NCBI RefSeq assembly: GCF_006345805.1
Contig: NC_043015.1
Location: 5,332,001-5,396,000, forward strand
From: Octopus sinensis
Lineage: Eukaryota
Reading direction: 5' to 3'
DNA: 64,000 nucleotides
The position numbers and the translations under genes are program-made. Shown one piece after another: positions 39,965-54,170 of the stretch. A model generated the notes under the pieces. That model was not told the DNA's origin, did no database searches, and saw nothing but the letters and a program-made list of their open reading frames with translations. Numbering within the stretch: the first letter of the stretch is position 1; each line of letters opens with the position of its first letter.

Positions 39965-41590
39965 TGGCAGCGAGATGGCAGAATCGTCAGCACGCTGGTC
40001 AAAATGCTTAGAGGCATCTCGTCCGACTTTACGCTTAGAGTTCAAATTCCGAAGTGGTCAGCTTTGCAATTTATCCTTTCGGTCTTGAAGAAATAAGTAC
40101 TACTCGACTACTGAGTTCGATGAAATAAACAATCCAATTCCCCCAAATACCAGGCCTTGCGAGTATACTAAAAAGGCTCTTTGCGATAGTCAACACTCTA
40201 AATGTTCTGCAGGACACAACCACCAAATTAAAGGTTATTTTGCTGCCCTATACGAATATGTTACTAATACTCTTATTTTTGTGTATTTCATACTTGTTGT
40301 CTTTACTGACATTAAGGTTGTTAATATTTCATCCCGAGGAAAGCATCGAGCTGGCAGAATCGTTAGTGCGCCGGGCGAAAGGCTTGGCGGAATTCCGTCT
40401 GCCACTACGTTCTGAGTCCCAATAACGCCGAGGTTGACTTTGCCTTTCATCGTTTCGGGTTCGATTAAATAAGTACCAGTTACACACTTGGGACGATAAA
40501 ATCGACTTAATCTGTTTGTCTGCCCTTGATTGTCCTCTCTGCGTTTAGCCCCTTGTGGGTAGTAAAGAAATAGTTATTTCGTCTGCTGCTACGCTTTGTT
40601 TTCAATTTCCGCCGAGGTTGACTTTGCCTTCCATCCTTTTGTGGTCGATTAAATAAGTACCAGTTACGCACTGGGGTTGATATAATCGACTAAATTTCTT
40701 TGTCTGTCCTTGTTTGTCCTCTCTATGGTTAGTCCCTTGTTGGCAGTAAAGAAATAAGAATCGCTCGCACTCCAGGCGAAATGCTCAGTGACATTTCGTC
40801 CCTTTTTAACATCTGATTTCAAATTCAACTTTGGTCAACTTTACAATTAATTTATCGGTTTCGATAAAAATGGATGGAAGCACTCTGTCGGTTACGACGA
40901 CGAGGGTTCCGGTTGATCCGATCAACGGAACAGCCTGCTCGTGAAATTAACGTATAAGTGGCTGAGCACTCCACAGACACGTGTACCCTTAACGTAGTTC
41001 TCGGGGATATTCAGCGTGACACAGAGAGTGACAAGGCCGGCCCTTTGAAATACAGGTGCAACAGAAACAGGGAGTAAGAGTGAGAGAAAGTTGTGGTGAA
41101 AAAGTACAGCAGGGATCACCACCATCCCTGCTGGAGCCTCGTGGAGCTTTAGGTGTTTTCGCTCAATAAACACTCACAACGCCCGGTCTGGGAATTGAAA
41201 CCGCGATCTTATGACCACGAGTCCGCTGCCCTAACCACTGGGCCATTGCGCCTCCACTTTCGATAAAAATAAATATCAGTTGAACACTTCGGATGTTCAA
41301 TGTTATCGACTTACTCAAATCTGCTGGCCTTGTGACAAAATTTTGAAATTAATATTTTATCCAATAAAAGACGGTGTGCTGGTAGAATGGTTAGCACGCT
41401 GCGCAAATGCTTAGCAGCTTTTCGTTCCTGTTAACAATCTGTGAACATTCTGAGTTCAAATTCCTGAGTTCAAATGCTTTTGCATCCCAGTATTTCGGAT
41501 TTTGTTAAATAAGAGCACTAGTATCAATGTTATCGATTTATCCTCCAGCACAAACTTGCTATCGTTGTCTCAAATTTGACACTGATATTT
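39965..41590 (+). mobile_element. Pile-up of about six family A SINE copies, including a dimer at 40340-40760
   Basis: Copies at about 39965-40170, 40340-40572, 40573-40758, 40759-41345 (split by SINE C) and 41365-41590; all on the plus strand. Confidence 0.85.
40872..41257 (-). mobile_element. Full-length tRNA-derived SINE family C with 13-bp TSD, nested in a family A copy
   Basis: Head gtggaggcgcaatggcccagtggttagggcagcggac..gcggtttcaattccc; TSD tttcgataaaaat at 40859-40871 and 41258-41270. Confidence 0.92.
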
Positions 41591-41956
41591 TATCCTGAGA
41601 TTATCCTTGCAGCTAGATCTATTTCCGGTGTGTGACGCCTCTCTATTTCGTAAATGAAAAAAATATGTTTGAGGAAGATTCCATTACTACCTCTAGCTAG
41701 TTCAATATGCCTGGACATGAATCGTTGTAAAATTTGTATATTGACGTATGTATATAAAGACGACACATACTATGTGTAATTCATGATGTCGCGATATAAA
41801 AAAAACAACGAATGTTTCAAGTAAAGTGAAAAAAAACTGTATTTTACTTTAAAATATTTGCTTACTTTTCAATTCCAATGTGAATGTCTATATCAACACC
41901 TATTTACACTTACATACGTACGTACATACATAGACAGTTATATAGAAGTGTGTGAG

Positions 41957-42023
<67 letters not shown>

Positions 42024-45000
42024 TGTATATATCAACACATTTATGTTATACTCTAGATATATCGATTGTAAAGTAACATATATGTAGCATATCTGTGACA
42101 AGCCTGCCAAGTTAGAGAATAAAATTGTTCTTCAATTTACAGAAGTGGGTTTTGCGTTTAGATATTGATTTCATCTGACAGTTGCAGTCATTCTCTATTA
42201 TTTTACGAATAAATTATAAATTGTTTTTAACAACGCTCAACAATACATATTTCACGGATAAAAGTTCAACTGTCATCAATCAATCATCTACTCAATTATT
42301 CAATGAACACAGAGCATTAAAATAAGGGAAATGCATGTAGTTATCGACAACTATGATAGTATTATAAACAGATCAGTTATTCTAATTTGTAGTTATGACA
42401 CATTTCTTGAATCTCAAGAATATGTGAATCTATTGCCTAAACAAATCTTCAATACATTTATAATTTTAGTACAGTCTGCGGTATCAAGATTGGTCTTCCT
42501 GTCATTTATCATTGCCATTTTAGCTCTCATATAATTCATAGTTTAACGCTGAATACGAGGCGTTCGTGTATATTCTTGGTGACATTTTCTCACCCCGCTC
42601 AATAAAATATACATAAATATTTATTTATACTTTGTAAGTTCTGCAAAAAGGTCATTCGTTTCAGTCTATATATTTGAATGAATGAAGAGCCTATAACGTT
42701 TTATGAATTGGTTCAATTATTATACATGGTAGAAAAAAAAACACAACGTCTCTCTTTTTCCGGGGCTTTACATTCAGTGTTCAAATGCTGTTTTCTATAT
42801 TTATCAATCGACGCTAGAATCAGTCTAATATTAATACAATTGACAAACAATCTTCCTTACAAACGTACATTCGTTGAATGATATCATATGGCCCAGTAAG
42901 GAGCAGAGTCGAGTGGAGTGGAAATACACAGAAAATATAAATCACGGTGATTAAACCCATGGTCAAGGATAATCATCGGGAAATGCATTTAGTATGATGT
43001 AGACTCTCTGAATAATAGCCACCTTCAGAGAACTGTATGAACTGGTGATCAATATTTTCAAGAAACTCGAGCGATATGTTGTGTATATTCAATATGGATG
43101 CAAAATCTCAACAAATCATCCAACGTGTCCCGGAGTTGAGCCATGAAATCAATATCGGAAACAATATTTTACGTATTGTAGGTGAGAAAGGAAAGACCAT
43201 TTGTTATAAAAGTGTCGTTAATAATTGTGTTAGTGCATTTTTCTCAGAATAGATCTGTGCCTACAGAATAATATAAGACACTTAGTTTTCTGACTTAGGA
43301 ACAGGCTAGAAACAAAAACCTCTAGCACCACACCATCATGTTATAGTTACAAAGAGAAGATAGAAAATAGCTCGATTTGGAGATTGCTGGGAAGAGCGAG
43401 AGGAGCAAGGAAAGGCAACAGAATAGGTGAAAAAAAAATTAAAAGAGAATTTCATGTCCGAATTTCATGTCGAATTTCATGTCGAATTGATATTTTCAGT
43501 TATTAAAAGCAGTAATATCCGATAGAGCCTTGGAGAGACGTGAAGGGAGAGGAAGTATGTTGTAATGTTTTGATGTTGGAGGATATGATTCCTGTTCTAT
43601 GTAACATCTAACTGAAAGACGACTATCAAAATCCCACAACCCTTCTATGAACCGCTTAGAGAAAATATTATTCAAATTGTATAATTTTTAAGGTCGATAA
43701 TCTCATTGAATTTCGCCAGGGAAATAAATTGTTTGTTGTTTTTCATTTACTGATGTTGAAAATTATACTCGTAGCAGTCGTTGCTAATTCATCATGAATT
43801 ACATAAAACGATATTTTCTCTGTGTTGTGAGGAATTATATGCTCCCTAAATGCTAGAAACAACGTCCATTTAAAACCAACTCCGATTAAAAAATGTTAGA
43901 CTATGCTGGAAACTAATAAAATATAATCAGTGTACGTACTTATAATAAATAATTCAAACAAATTTCGCTATAACATCTAGGAGGGACTATGAATTTTGTC
44001 GATCGAGACTCCGAACGTAGCCACAGTTTTTAGCTCAAATAACAATCCACTGCGTTGTGGAAAACAGTTATTGACAACTTCGTTCATGTAGATATTAAAA
44101 TATGTAAAATAATGTAACGGTCACAGATGAAACTCCTTTGATCATAGGTCTGTTCACACAGGCTGCTCTGGAGTTAAACACGAACAACAATTCAAGGAAC
44201 AACAAATAACAAAATATGCATTCTAAGGGAGATAACTGCCTCCAGTCATCACTGCTGATATTCGATAAGATGTGGTAACATATTTCAACTGCAGAACACA
44301 AAGGGAAAAGATTTACGCAAAATTTCCTGAAACTATAAAGAAAATCGTATTTTATTAACATCGTTAGTCGTAGTCTATTCAAACGCAGTTGATATTTTTG
44401 TTTGTATTATGGTTGGAAACTAACAGAAAGACATGGAAGTTTGGAGTATTTTCAGTTATGTTCCCCACAAAAGTAACCGTACTGCATAGGCAGAGCATGA
44501 TAGAGATTATTGAATATGTATATAATGATTAGGATGCTGAATTCGTGCCTATACTACAAACCAGAATTATTGGATTTACCAACAAACTGGATGTATCTTA
44601 CAGCTGGTCTGTTTAAACTTGTCATAATATTTGATTTCTCATTTCCTATGGCAAATATGTTTATGCTGGAAACGAATACACTCACAACAGCGAAATACCG
44701 TTCAATTTTATGTAGTTTATTTATTACATAGAAATAATACTGAATTCGTAAATAACACCCTAAACTTGCAAGCACTTATTCATTACCACAACATAAACTG
44801 AAACTTACGTTTGATTCAGTTAGCTTAGTACAATGGGTTTAATCATCTACACTTTACTTTCAGGAGTGGTATGGCATGTAACTTGTCACTTAGCAACACC
44901 TTCTTCAAATTATCTGAAGGCTCTATACCAAGCAGAAGTTAATATATATATTACCCTCGATTTCACAAATATTAACCATACGCTGTCAATGTCAGGTGCT

Positions 45001-45204
45001 TATTTGTAAATGTTTCAGGTATCATTTGACTATGAAGCACTGTTCGACATTTTGTTTTCCACTAACCTCTCAACATGTTCCATAAATATATCATTAAATC
45101 GAGTCCGGATCGCAGGCCCAGTTGAAATAATATATCAGTGATTTGTTGTAGGCTGACGTCCAGAGAAGTATCTGATTAAGTATAGAATAGACGCAGCTTG
45201 CCTC

Positions 45205-45515
45205 TCAACCACATGGCCCCAACCTTAGTAACACTGTGTGGCACGTTGGGCAGCTGTTTTCTGAAATAGCCTCGGGTTGACCAATGCCTTGTGAATGGAT
45301 TTGGTAGACGGAAACTGAAAGAAGCCTTTCGTACACATGTGTATGCGTGTGAGCCTTCATGTGTGTTTGTGTGTGTGTCCCCAATTCTGGTGTGTTTATA
45401 TCCCTGTAACCTAGCAGAAGAATGAATCCTGGGGTCGAGTTTTTGAAATATAACCCTTTAAAGCAGTGCTCCAGCAAGGCCGCAGTCAATGACTGACACA
45501 ATTAAGAGAAGTAAA
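45205..45515 (+). mobile_element. Family B SINE, degenerate
   Basis: ttgggcag..tagcctcgggttgaccaatgccttgtgaatggatttggtagacggaaactgaaagaagcc..gtgctccagcaaggccgcagtc. Confidence 0.85.
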
Positions 45516-46241
45516 TAATATAAGAATCCCGAAGGCTTACATTGATGCGAACGTGAAGATTTTCCACTAATGGCTAACCCTGTGAGGAATCACGTTATCC
45601 ATCAAGGGGATTATTTGCCTCCTCATCTAGCCAACGCAGTGGCATCATTCGAAAGTTGAAACGATGCGAAGGGCATTGTGACCAGTAATGTATTACAGCA
45701 GTCAATAGTATGGTCGATACCATGAATTTTTTGCTGCAATTGGCATTTCCTCGTCTGACGTTTGTTTCCTCGATTATACAATTTTACTAGGAATATATCT
45801 TAAAGAAAAAAGCTCGACTGATTTTAAGGGTATTAGGTTTGACGTTGTTTACTTTTGTAGCTCTCATTCATTTCACGTTGTTCTGTATAATCCCAGAATA
45901 ATACGTCCCTGTAGGCGATGAAGTTGAGGCCATTGTTAGTTGGATACATAGATCCTAAAGGTCCCTGAAATCTGTTGGATCTTTTCATGCTTCGAGCCAA
46001 GTAGTTCTAGCCATCATTTAACTGAGCCTGGTGTTAAGTTTTTGTTTTCACTTAAGATAATATATACTCAACAGGTAGTGAACTATAAGATGCAAATACA
46101 TATGCACAACACATTATCTATTTTACGAGACATAAATAAACTGAGGAACAACTTCGTAGATAAAGACAGCTATCTCTAAAAGTCTATCATGTGTACAAGT
46201 TTACTTATTAAATTTTCTTTTGACGAAAACCACTGGAAATG

Positions 46242-46297
<56 letters not shown>

Positions 46298-46603
46298 GTG
46301 TGTGTGTAAAGCTAAATGTATTATGCCTGTTTAAACTCTTGGAATATTTATGGTTTCTCGGAGCGTGATCATCTAATGAGCACAAGTAATACGTTCCACC
46401 TCATATACTAACATAGAAACAGTATGATGTACTGACTGACAGGCAAGTTTTGAATTACCTCCTTTTAGGTGTCCCAATATTAATCTTATGAATATTATTA
46501 CTTCCATCTGTACACATGCCCCACTTTACTCTCTATTGTTGCAAAACCACTACTGCAGGAAGATCTATCTGATGAAATATTTGGGAAAATCTTAAAATCT
46601 CAT

Positions 46604-46918
46604 TTTGTTGTTGTTTGTTCCTTCTCGAGACACGCCTGGCTCATAAAGGCCGGTTTCCTGGTTTCCTTGGCGTATAGGTTCCCCACCTGGACGGAACACT
46701 GGTCCATTGCAGGTGAGCTGCAAGATGCATGAGGACAGAGGGAAGAGTGTGAGAAAGTTGTGCCGAAACAGTCAGTAGAAGTTCTGCCATTACCTTCTGC
46801 CGGATCCGCGTAGGGCTTAGGTCTTTCGCTCATAAACACAGGCATCGCCCAGTCTGATATTCGAACCCGTGATGCCTTGACCGCGAGTCCGCTACTCTAA
46901 CCACTAGGCCATATGCCT
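46604..46918 (-). mobile_element. Family D SINE
   Basis: Reverse-complement homologue of 35443-35737; TSD-like taaaat(c/a)tcatttt on both sides. Confidence 0.85.
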
Positions 46919-47059
46919 ATACTAAAATATCATTTTACGCAGTATAATTTATGAGGGCAAATTAGAGATCAGGCGGTTGCACGTATGTATTTTAAATTTC
47001 CTTATAGCTCCTCAAAAGCTGGCATTTATTTGCTTCACATTATCATAATTAACTATATA

Positions 47060-47321
47060 TCATGTTTTATTCAGTTTATTTATTGTTTTGCACACACACT
47101 CACACTCAGATATATCTGTGTACATATACAATATATATATGTGTGTGTGTGTGTGGACATATATATATAAGAATATATATATATATATGCATGTGGGTGT
47201 GTACATATATACATGTATGTATATGTCTGTGTGTGTATGTCTGCATGTGCGCGTGTGTATACGTGTCTATATGTATGCGTAATATATGTATACAAACATA
47301 CTCATTATCATACACACACAA

Positions 47322-47397
<76 letters not shown>

Positions 47398-47420
47398 GTG
47401 CATGAGAATCAGTATGTGCA
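47060..47420. repeat. (CA)/(TA)/(GT) compound microsatellite
   Basis: Read directly from the sequence. Confidence 0.9.
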
Positions 47421-47510
47421 TATATATATTCCACCTTTTTGCTATGGCTAAGTGTATGAGTTTTAGCAGCGGTTTGTATTTAATTGATATACACTAAATT
47501 ATAATACCAA

Positions 47511-47657
47511 TCACCAGGTCTGTTGCAGGTAATCAATTTTGTAGATCGTTTTGTATATATAATACAATTCATGCCATAGTGTGTTTCTGTTTTTTTTCTT
47601 TTCTGTTTTCTTTTTTTTTTCTTCCTCGGGCCATTGATATCCGAAGACGCTGGTGAC
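47511..47657 (-). other. Candidate coding exon, product unknown
   Basis: Strong acceptor ctgttttgtttattttattgcag|; two frames are open (VTSVFGYQWPEEEKKK..LQQTW* or SPASSDINGPRKKKKRK..). Confidence 0.25.
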
Positions 47658-48189
47658 CTGCAATAAAATAAACAAAACAGAAGCATGTAAATGCTTGATA
47701 GATTACTTTTGATGGTGAGTTTGTCAGATATTGACATTCGTTTTCGTTATCTTCTTTTGTTGTTGTTGCTTTTTTTTTGCTCTGCTTACAGAAATGCTAA
47801 TGTAATTTTCCGGCATAAACATGGTTGTTATAATTGTCAGCTGCCATAATAATATTTCTATAGGGTTATTCATTTTCATCAATAAAACATGGCAGTAGTT
47901 GGCTTCTGAACCCGTTTGCAACTTGATTAAATATCATATTTTCTGACGTGAATGCCTGTTCATTTGGTGTTAATCCTAACACCTTTCGTATTAAGTGAAT
48001 AGGCCTTTAAGTGGCAACATAGCTTAATGCCAACATAGTGATTTATGAGAAGGGAAAAATAGATTTGATAAATTTTATTCACAATGACAAGTAGACATTC
48101 AATCAAGAAAAAACATGACTAATTGCCGTAAACATACATATCCTCCAGACACATACGTGTGCGCACACACACACACAGGCGAGTATGTA

Positions 48190-48229
<40 letters not shown>

Positions 48230-48230
<1 letters not shown>

Positions 48231-48627
48231 GTTTTCTACTCAAGGGGCAAAGCCCAACATTTTTGGGCAGCGAGCCAGTCGATTAGATCGGTCCCAGTAC
48301 GTAAATGGTACTTAATTTATCGACCACGAAAGGTCGAAAGGCGAAGTCGACTTCGGTGGAATTTGAACTTAGAACGTAAAGACAGACGAATTACCTGTTT
48401 CTTTACTACCCACAAGGGGCTAAACACAGAGAGGACAAACAAGGACAGACAAAGGGATTAAGTCGATTATATCGACCCAGTGCGTAACTGGTACTTATTT
48501 AATCGACCCCGAAAGGATGAAAATATAAGTCGACCTCAGCGGAATTTGAACTCAGAACGTAACGTCAGACGAAATACGGTTAAGCATTTCGCCCGGCGTG
48601 CTAACGTTTCTGCTAGCTCGCCACCTT
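48230..48627 (-). mobile_element. Family A SINE dimer
   Basis: A full young-tail unit is joined at gtaaagaaacag|gtaattcgtctg to a second body with the older tail. Confidence 0.9.
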
Positions 48628-49120
48628 ATATACATTTATATTCCATGAATGTAAAGTAGCGGGATGAAAAGAAGAGTATTATCCGCTCTACATTTGATGT
48701 AACTGATTCCGGGGAAGCAGTAAGTAGCGACGGTTGTTTCGCCAGGCCTAATTTAACATAAATCAAATACCGTAATAACCGATATCGATGCCAAACTGGA
48801 GATGGAAAACAACTGAATGATTAAAATGTGAATATGTGTAATGATTTGAAGAGTATTAGATGAAGCATAGTAGCTAATTTATTGAGCAGATGGGGCCTTA
48901 TCTGAGTGACAGGTACGCAACTATATCGTTCAGACGAAAGCTCCTCCGAAGCATGGCTCTTTCTCTCCTACTTGCCCTCTAACGTTGCTATACTCAGGTA
49001 CGCGGAGCTGTCAACTGGTATGACCTTAATGCGAGTTGCTTGCAATGATGAGAGCCACACACCTGTTCAAAATTCAGAGCAAAAAATTCGCATAGTATAC
49101 TCTTTACGCTTTTTACTATT

Positions 49121-49333
49121 TTACTTGATTCATTCATTTGACTGCGGCCATGCTGGAGCACTGCCTTTAGTCTGGCAAATCGACTCTGGGACTTATTCTT
49201 TGTAAGCCCAGTACTTTTTTCTCTCGGTCTCTTTTGCCGAACCACTAAGTGACGTGGACGTAAACACACCAGCATCGGTTGTCAAGCAATGCTAGGGGGA
49301 CAAACACAGATACACAAAGATATACACACACAT

Positions 49334-49424
<91 letters not shown>

Positions 49425-49592
49425 TACGACAGGATTCTTTCAGTTTCCGTCTACCAAATCCACTCACAAGGCATTGGTCGGCCCGAGGCTATAGCAGAAG
49501 ATACTTGCCCAAGATGCCACGCAGTGGGACTGAACCCGGAACCATGTGGTTGGTAACCAAGCTAGTAGCCACACGGCCACACCTGCGCGCCT
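49121..49592 (-). mobile_element. Full-length family B SINE with internal (CA)n(TA)n
   Basis: Head, CORE-like ttgggcaag motif, microsatellite and 3' half are all present. Confidence 0.92.
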
Positions 49593-50339
49593 ATCACAGC
49601 CACTCCTGCACCTATGTTTTTTTTTTGGGGGGGGGGCAGATAGAAGTAAATTTTAAGATAGCTAGAGAAAACAATTCCGACTTTGAAATAAGAAACTTTT
49701 GACAGCCTCTGGCAGTTCGCAGATTATGGAGTAAGTCGAGAATGGACTAACAGCAATTGATGCTTGAACACTATAAGGGAAGTATAAAATATGATGAGCA
49801 CTTTTAATATACGAATGGCTCTGTCATGGGTTCAAGTCGCGGAAAAATTTGCAGTGTGTTCATTAGAAGGTAGCTAGGCCTACTTTGGATATTAAACAGT
49901 TCAGTTCTTTTATCGTAAATGTGGTTGATTACACTCACCAATGTCAATCGTCGAAATTTATAAAGTATGGATGGTACTTTATATAGATGTAAAATCAGCC
50001 AAGTATGAAGTACACCGAGGTATAGTGAGTGTCACAGAAATTGATATTTAAGGGCTTGGATTTGGCTGTGCTGATTTGATGCAGATGATGCAGAGCAACT
50101 GTATGGGTTTCACTTTGATGATATGAAGCAGAGCAACAATCGAACGTGTATTTTTAGTAACAACATCAAACAGGAGGAAAGAGAGAGAAGCGAAGTCCAT
50201 TGTATTCAATACTCTTAATACCGACAGATAACAAGATCAGAGGAACATGTAACTGAGAGAAAAAAAAAGCTAGAATGAAATATGGAAGTAGAGTTCATCA
50301 GATCTCAGTTCTCAGTTTGTCTTCCTACGATGCCTTGAA

Positions 50340-50409
50340 ATCTAGAAACCTAATGAGATTGAATATATCAGAAGTCGTCTAGAAACCTAATGAGATGGAA
50401 TATATCAGA
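50340..50409. repeat. Tandem duplication with a 38-bp period
   Basis: tctagaaacctaatgagat(t/g)gaatatatcaga occurs twice. Confidence 0.9.
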
Positions 50410-50824
50410 GAATAACAAATGCAGATGCTGGTAAGTCAGAACATAGAAGCATATTCTGTCCAACTGTTCCCTGGCATTGGATAAATATAATTGGAGACAC
50501 ATTATGGTCATTAAGTTCTATTTAATGCTTCAAACAACTAAATTGCTCTCATCGGCAGTGGCAAAAAAAAACACCGAAAAAAGCAATAATATATTTCATT
50601 ACATTTGTACATCCAGAAGAGAAGACCCGTCTGAAGATGAAAAGAATTCTTTTAAAGGATGAAAAGGGGAACAGATATTGGGAGGTGGCTGCAGACTTAA
50701 CAGGGCATTCTTCCCTATTTCAATAACGAATTAAGGAAATGTCGTCATATGGTGTGAAAAAAAAAATAAAGCCAGTCGCGAAGTAACATGGACACACATA
50801 TACCTTTATTACTTTCTTATTGTA

Positions 50825-50875
<51 letters not shown>

Positions 50876-50879
50876 ATAT

Positions 50880-51227
50880 ATTTCAATTTCCGTCTCCCAA
50901 AGATCCGCTCACAAGGTCGGCACGAGCATATTGTAGCAGACCCTGCCCATGATGCCATGCAGTCGGACTGAATTCAGATCCCTGTGGTTGGGAAGCAAGC
51001 TTGGTACCTCACAACAAACCCTGCGCCTAATATTTATGTGTATTTCATCTCTTTAACCTGTGTCAATCAGTAGACTGCAGTCGTGCTGGGGCCCCGACTT
51101 GAAGAATTTTTAATCGACTGAATCGAACTTAAAACATATTTTTATTAAACCTTGTACTTATTCCATCGACCGCTTTTCCAGAACTACTAAGTTACAGGGA
51201 CACAAAGACACCCAAATCGGTTGTCAC
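50880..51227 (-). mobile_element. Two family B SINE halves (5' half at 50880-51030; 3' half at about 51050-51227)
   Basis: gctcacaaggtcggcacgag..gactgaattcag..cctgcgcct; gactgcagtcgtgctggggc..atcggttgtca. Confidence 0.7.
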
Positions 51228-51455
51228 TTGGTGGCAGAAACGTTAGCATGACGGGCGAAATGCGTAGCCTTATTTCGTCTGCCGTTGCGTTCTGAGTTCA
51301 AATTCCGCCGAAGTCGACTTTGCCGTTCATCCTTTCGGGGTCGATAAATTAAGTACCAATTACGCACTGGGGTCGATGTAATCGACTTAATCCCTTTGCG
51401 TGTCCTTGATTGTCCCCTCTGTGTTTTGCCCCTTGTGGGTAGTAAAGAAATATAT
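51228..51455 (+). mobile_element. Full-length family A SINE
   Basis: ggtggcagaaacgttagcatgacgggcgaaatg...gtgggtagtaaagaaata. Confidence 0.9.
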
Positions 51456-52732
51456 AGGAGACAAATAGACAAAATGACAGACACCGCACTCACACATATA
51501 AGTATATTTGGCAAATTTATATATGTAATTGCGTATATATTAATCTGCCTATACTATCTATATACATACACATACATACATACATACATACATACATACA
51601 TACATACATACATACATACATACATACATACATACATACCTTATGCTCATATGCTTGTCTGTATGTGTATGTATTACCAATGAGAAATTAGATTATATAT
51701 CAGTTAATCAAATTTAATATTTGTAAATGGGAAGTATTTTTTATTGTTGATTAAATTACTATTTTGGATACCAGCAATACCACATGTTTCAACATATTAA
51801 ATGATTTTCAAATTTAATTTAAACTTTCTTGTTTCTAATCTCTACCTAATGTTATTTTAGTGAATATCACTAAATCTTAATTAAAAGCTATATTTTTTTA
51901 ATTTTCATTAGGCTGTCTCAATAAACATTTTGAAATAGTTAATCTTCTACGTTATAATACGCCTAAGACGAAGCAGATAACTGCTACATTGTATAAACAT
52001 AACTAACCACTCAGACTCGGAGAAGCTGTATTGCTACTACAGTTCTCTTTAAACAATAGCTAACAATTTTTATACTGACAGGCCTCTCATTATTTCTTAT
52101 AAAAACTGCTAAGAATCATACCTGATATACTACACAGAAATGATCATCCCTTCGTTAAGTTAAATATATGGAAGTTAAGATCAGTTAAATCGATTCAATA
52201 TACTTGTAAGCATTATATGAGTGTGTGTGTGTATAAAAAGTAAAGCCAGTCACTGCATCAAACTGGGTGTTGAATGTTACAACTAGTTTAACCCCAAGCA
52301 GTTTCTCCGCCAGCTGGTTAACTATACACCACCACACTCTTTATATACAACATATTGTTAGCAGAGGAAAAAAAACCTACTATCCTCTAGCAACTAACAA
52401 GATCGCTAACATTCAAAAAACACTTTGATGTGGTGAATTAATTTACTGTTTAGTATAGTTACTACTCTATCTTCAATTCGTCTATTCCTATTACAAAATA
52501 TTTGGGGACTCTCATGTTGAATACGGATACCGACATCGCGAGAGATCGCATGGACGTGTACTATGCCAAATATTAGGCAATAAATACGCAATGGGACACA
52601 CCTGCTATTGTCCTGAACGATCACTTAGCAACTAATTCCATATAACGTGATAATAAAATTACCCATCTTCGTTTATTGCTGATGAGGTTTGCTGATAAGG
52701 ATCTTTGTTGATGAGGATTTCTTCGTCCTCAC

Positions 52733-52804
52733 CATCGTCGCTGTTGTTCCCTTTGTAGTATTTTCTTCTTTAGTAGCATCGTTATGACATTTCCTGCAGC
52801 ATTT
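52733..52804 (-). other. Candidate 72-nt coding exon, product unknown
   Basis: Acceptor ctcaccgtttcatatag|, open frame KCCRKCHNDATKEENTTKGTTATM, donor |gtgagg. Confidence 0.25.
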
Positions 52805-53389
52805 CTATATGAAACGGTGAGATAGGTTTTAGAGAGTATTTACTTATTATTTTTACTTAGTCATTACATTGGCTCGTTTTCTCAACAATAACCATTATAT
52901 ATCTTGGCGTAAATTTTAGCACATTGCATAGCATAATAAAACGTGGAGTTGAAATAAAATAAGCAGTTACTAGCGCATCAGTAAATGAATAATTGGAGAA
53001 TCTGCAGCAAAAAAAATTGAATCACTGAAATCAATGTATTAAACAAGAAATAACTTCACAGAAATACAATACCAATGGTACAGATTTGTTTCTAACATGG
53101 ACTCAGTATTCTGGAAGATGACAGTTAACATGCAAAGATACAAAATTACTGACGATCACTTCTGGCGATCTAACATATTCAACATGACAAATGTACAAAT
53201 ACTGCATCAAAGAATACTTCTTAGAACCGTCAAATTGAAGTTATAAATGACGAGTATTAACCACGTCCAATACCAGTATTTGTGTGCGTGCAAATAATAC
53301 ACGCACAAAAGCTTCCTTTAAGCGAAACCAGTGAAATGAGAGTGTTTTACGTTTGCATGTTTAGTATGTATGTGTGCGCTTGTGCAATA

Positions 53390-53419
53390 ACTCACACACA
53401 CACACACACACATACACAC

Positions 53420-53461
<42 letters not shown>

Positions 53462-54122
53462 TACACAACAAATATGTATATTCCCATGCAAATATACATA
53501 CTTGCATTCAAAAAAACACACATGCATACATACATACATACATACATACATACATACATACATACATACATACATACATACATACATACATACACACATA
53601 CATACATACATACATACATGCATGCATGCATGCATACATACATGTTCGGTTTTCAGGTAAGTTCGTGCAGATTTTTAAAGGAACGAAAAAGCTAAGTACA
53701 TACTTGCCATTACAGTTTTCGTCAACAAAATATGAACCATTTTGTTGCATAATGCGTCTCCATCTTTCCTTTTACTTGAAAATACCCTCTTCCCAGAATT
53801 GAGGTGCCTGGGAGGGTATTTCGAAAGGTATGCTACTATAAATCGACACGAACTTTCAGGACAACCCAATACATACATACATACATACATACATACATAC
53901 ATACACACATACATACATATATACATGCATACATACATACATGCATACATACATACGTACAAACATACATACATATATAGATACATACATACATACATAC
54001 AAACATACATATATATATACATACATTCATACAAACATACATATATACATACATACAAACATACATACGTACATGCATGCATAAATACAAACATACATAC
54101 ATATATACATACATTCATACAA

Positions 54123-54153
<31 letters not shown>

Positions 54154-54170
54154 TACATACATTCATGCAA
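53390..54170. repeat. (CATA)n-dominated microsatellite array
   Basis: Read directly from the sequence. Confidence 0.95.
53643..53871 (-). mobile_element. ~230-bp mariner-derived MITE inserted in (CATA)n
   Basis: 32-bp TIRs match at 24 of 32 positions; internal RWRRIMQQNGSYFVD remnant; same family as 20157-20541. Confidence 0.85.
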
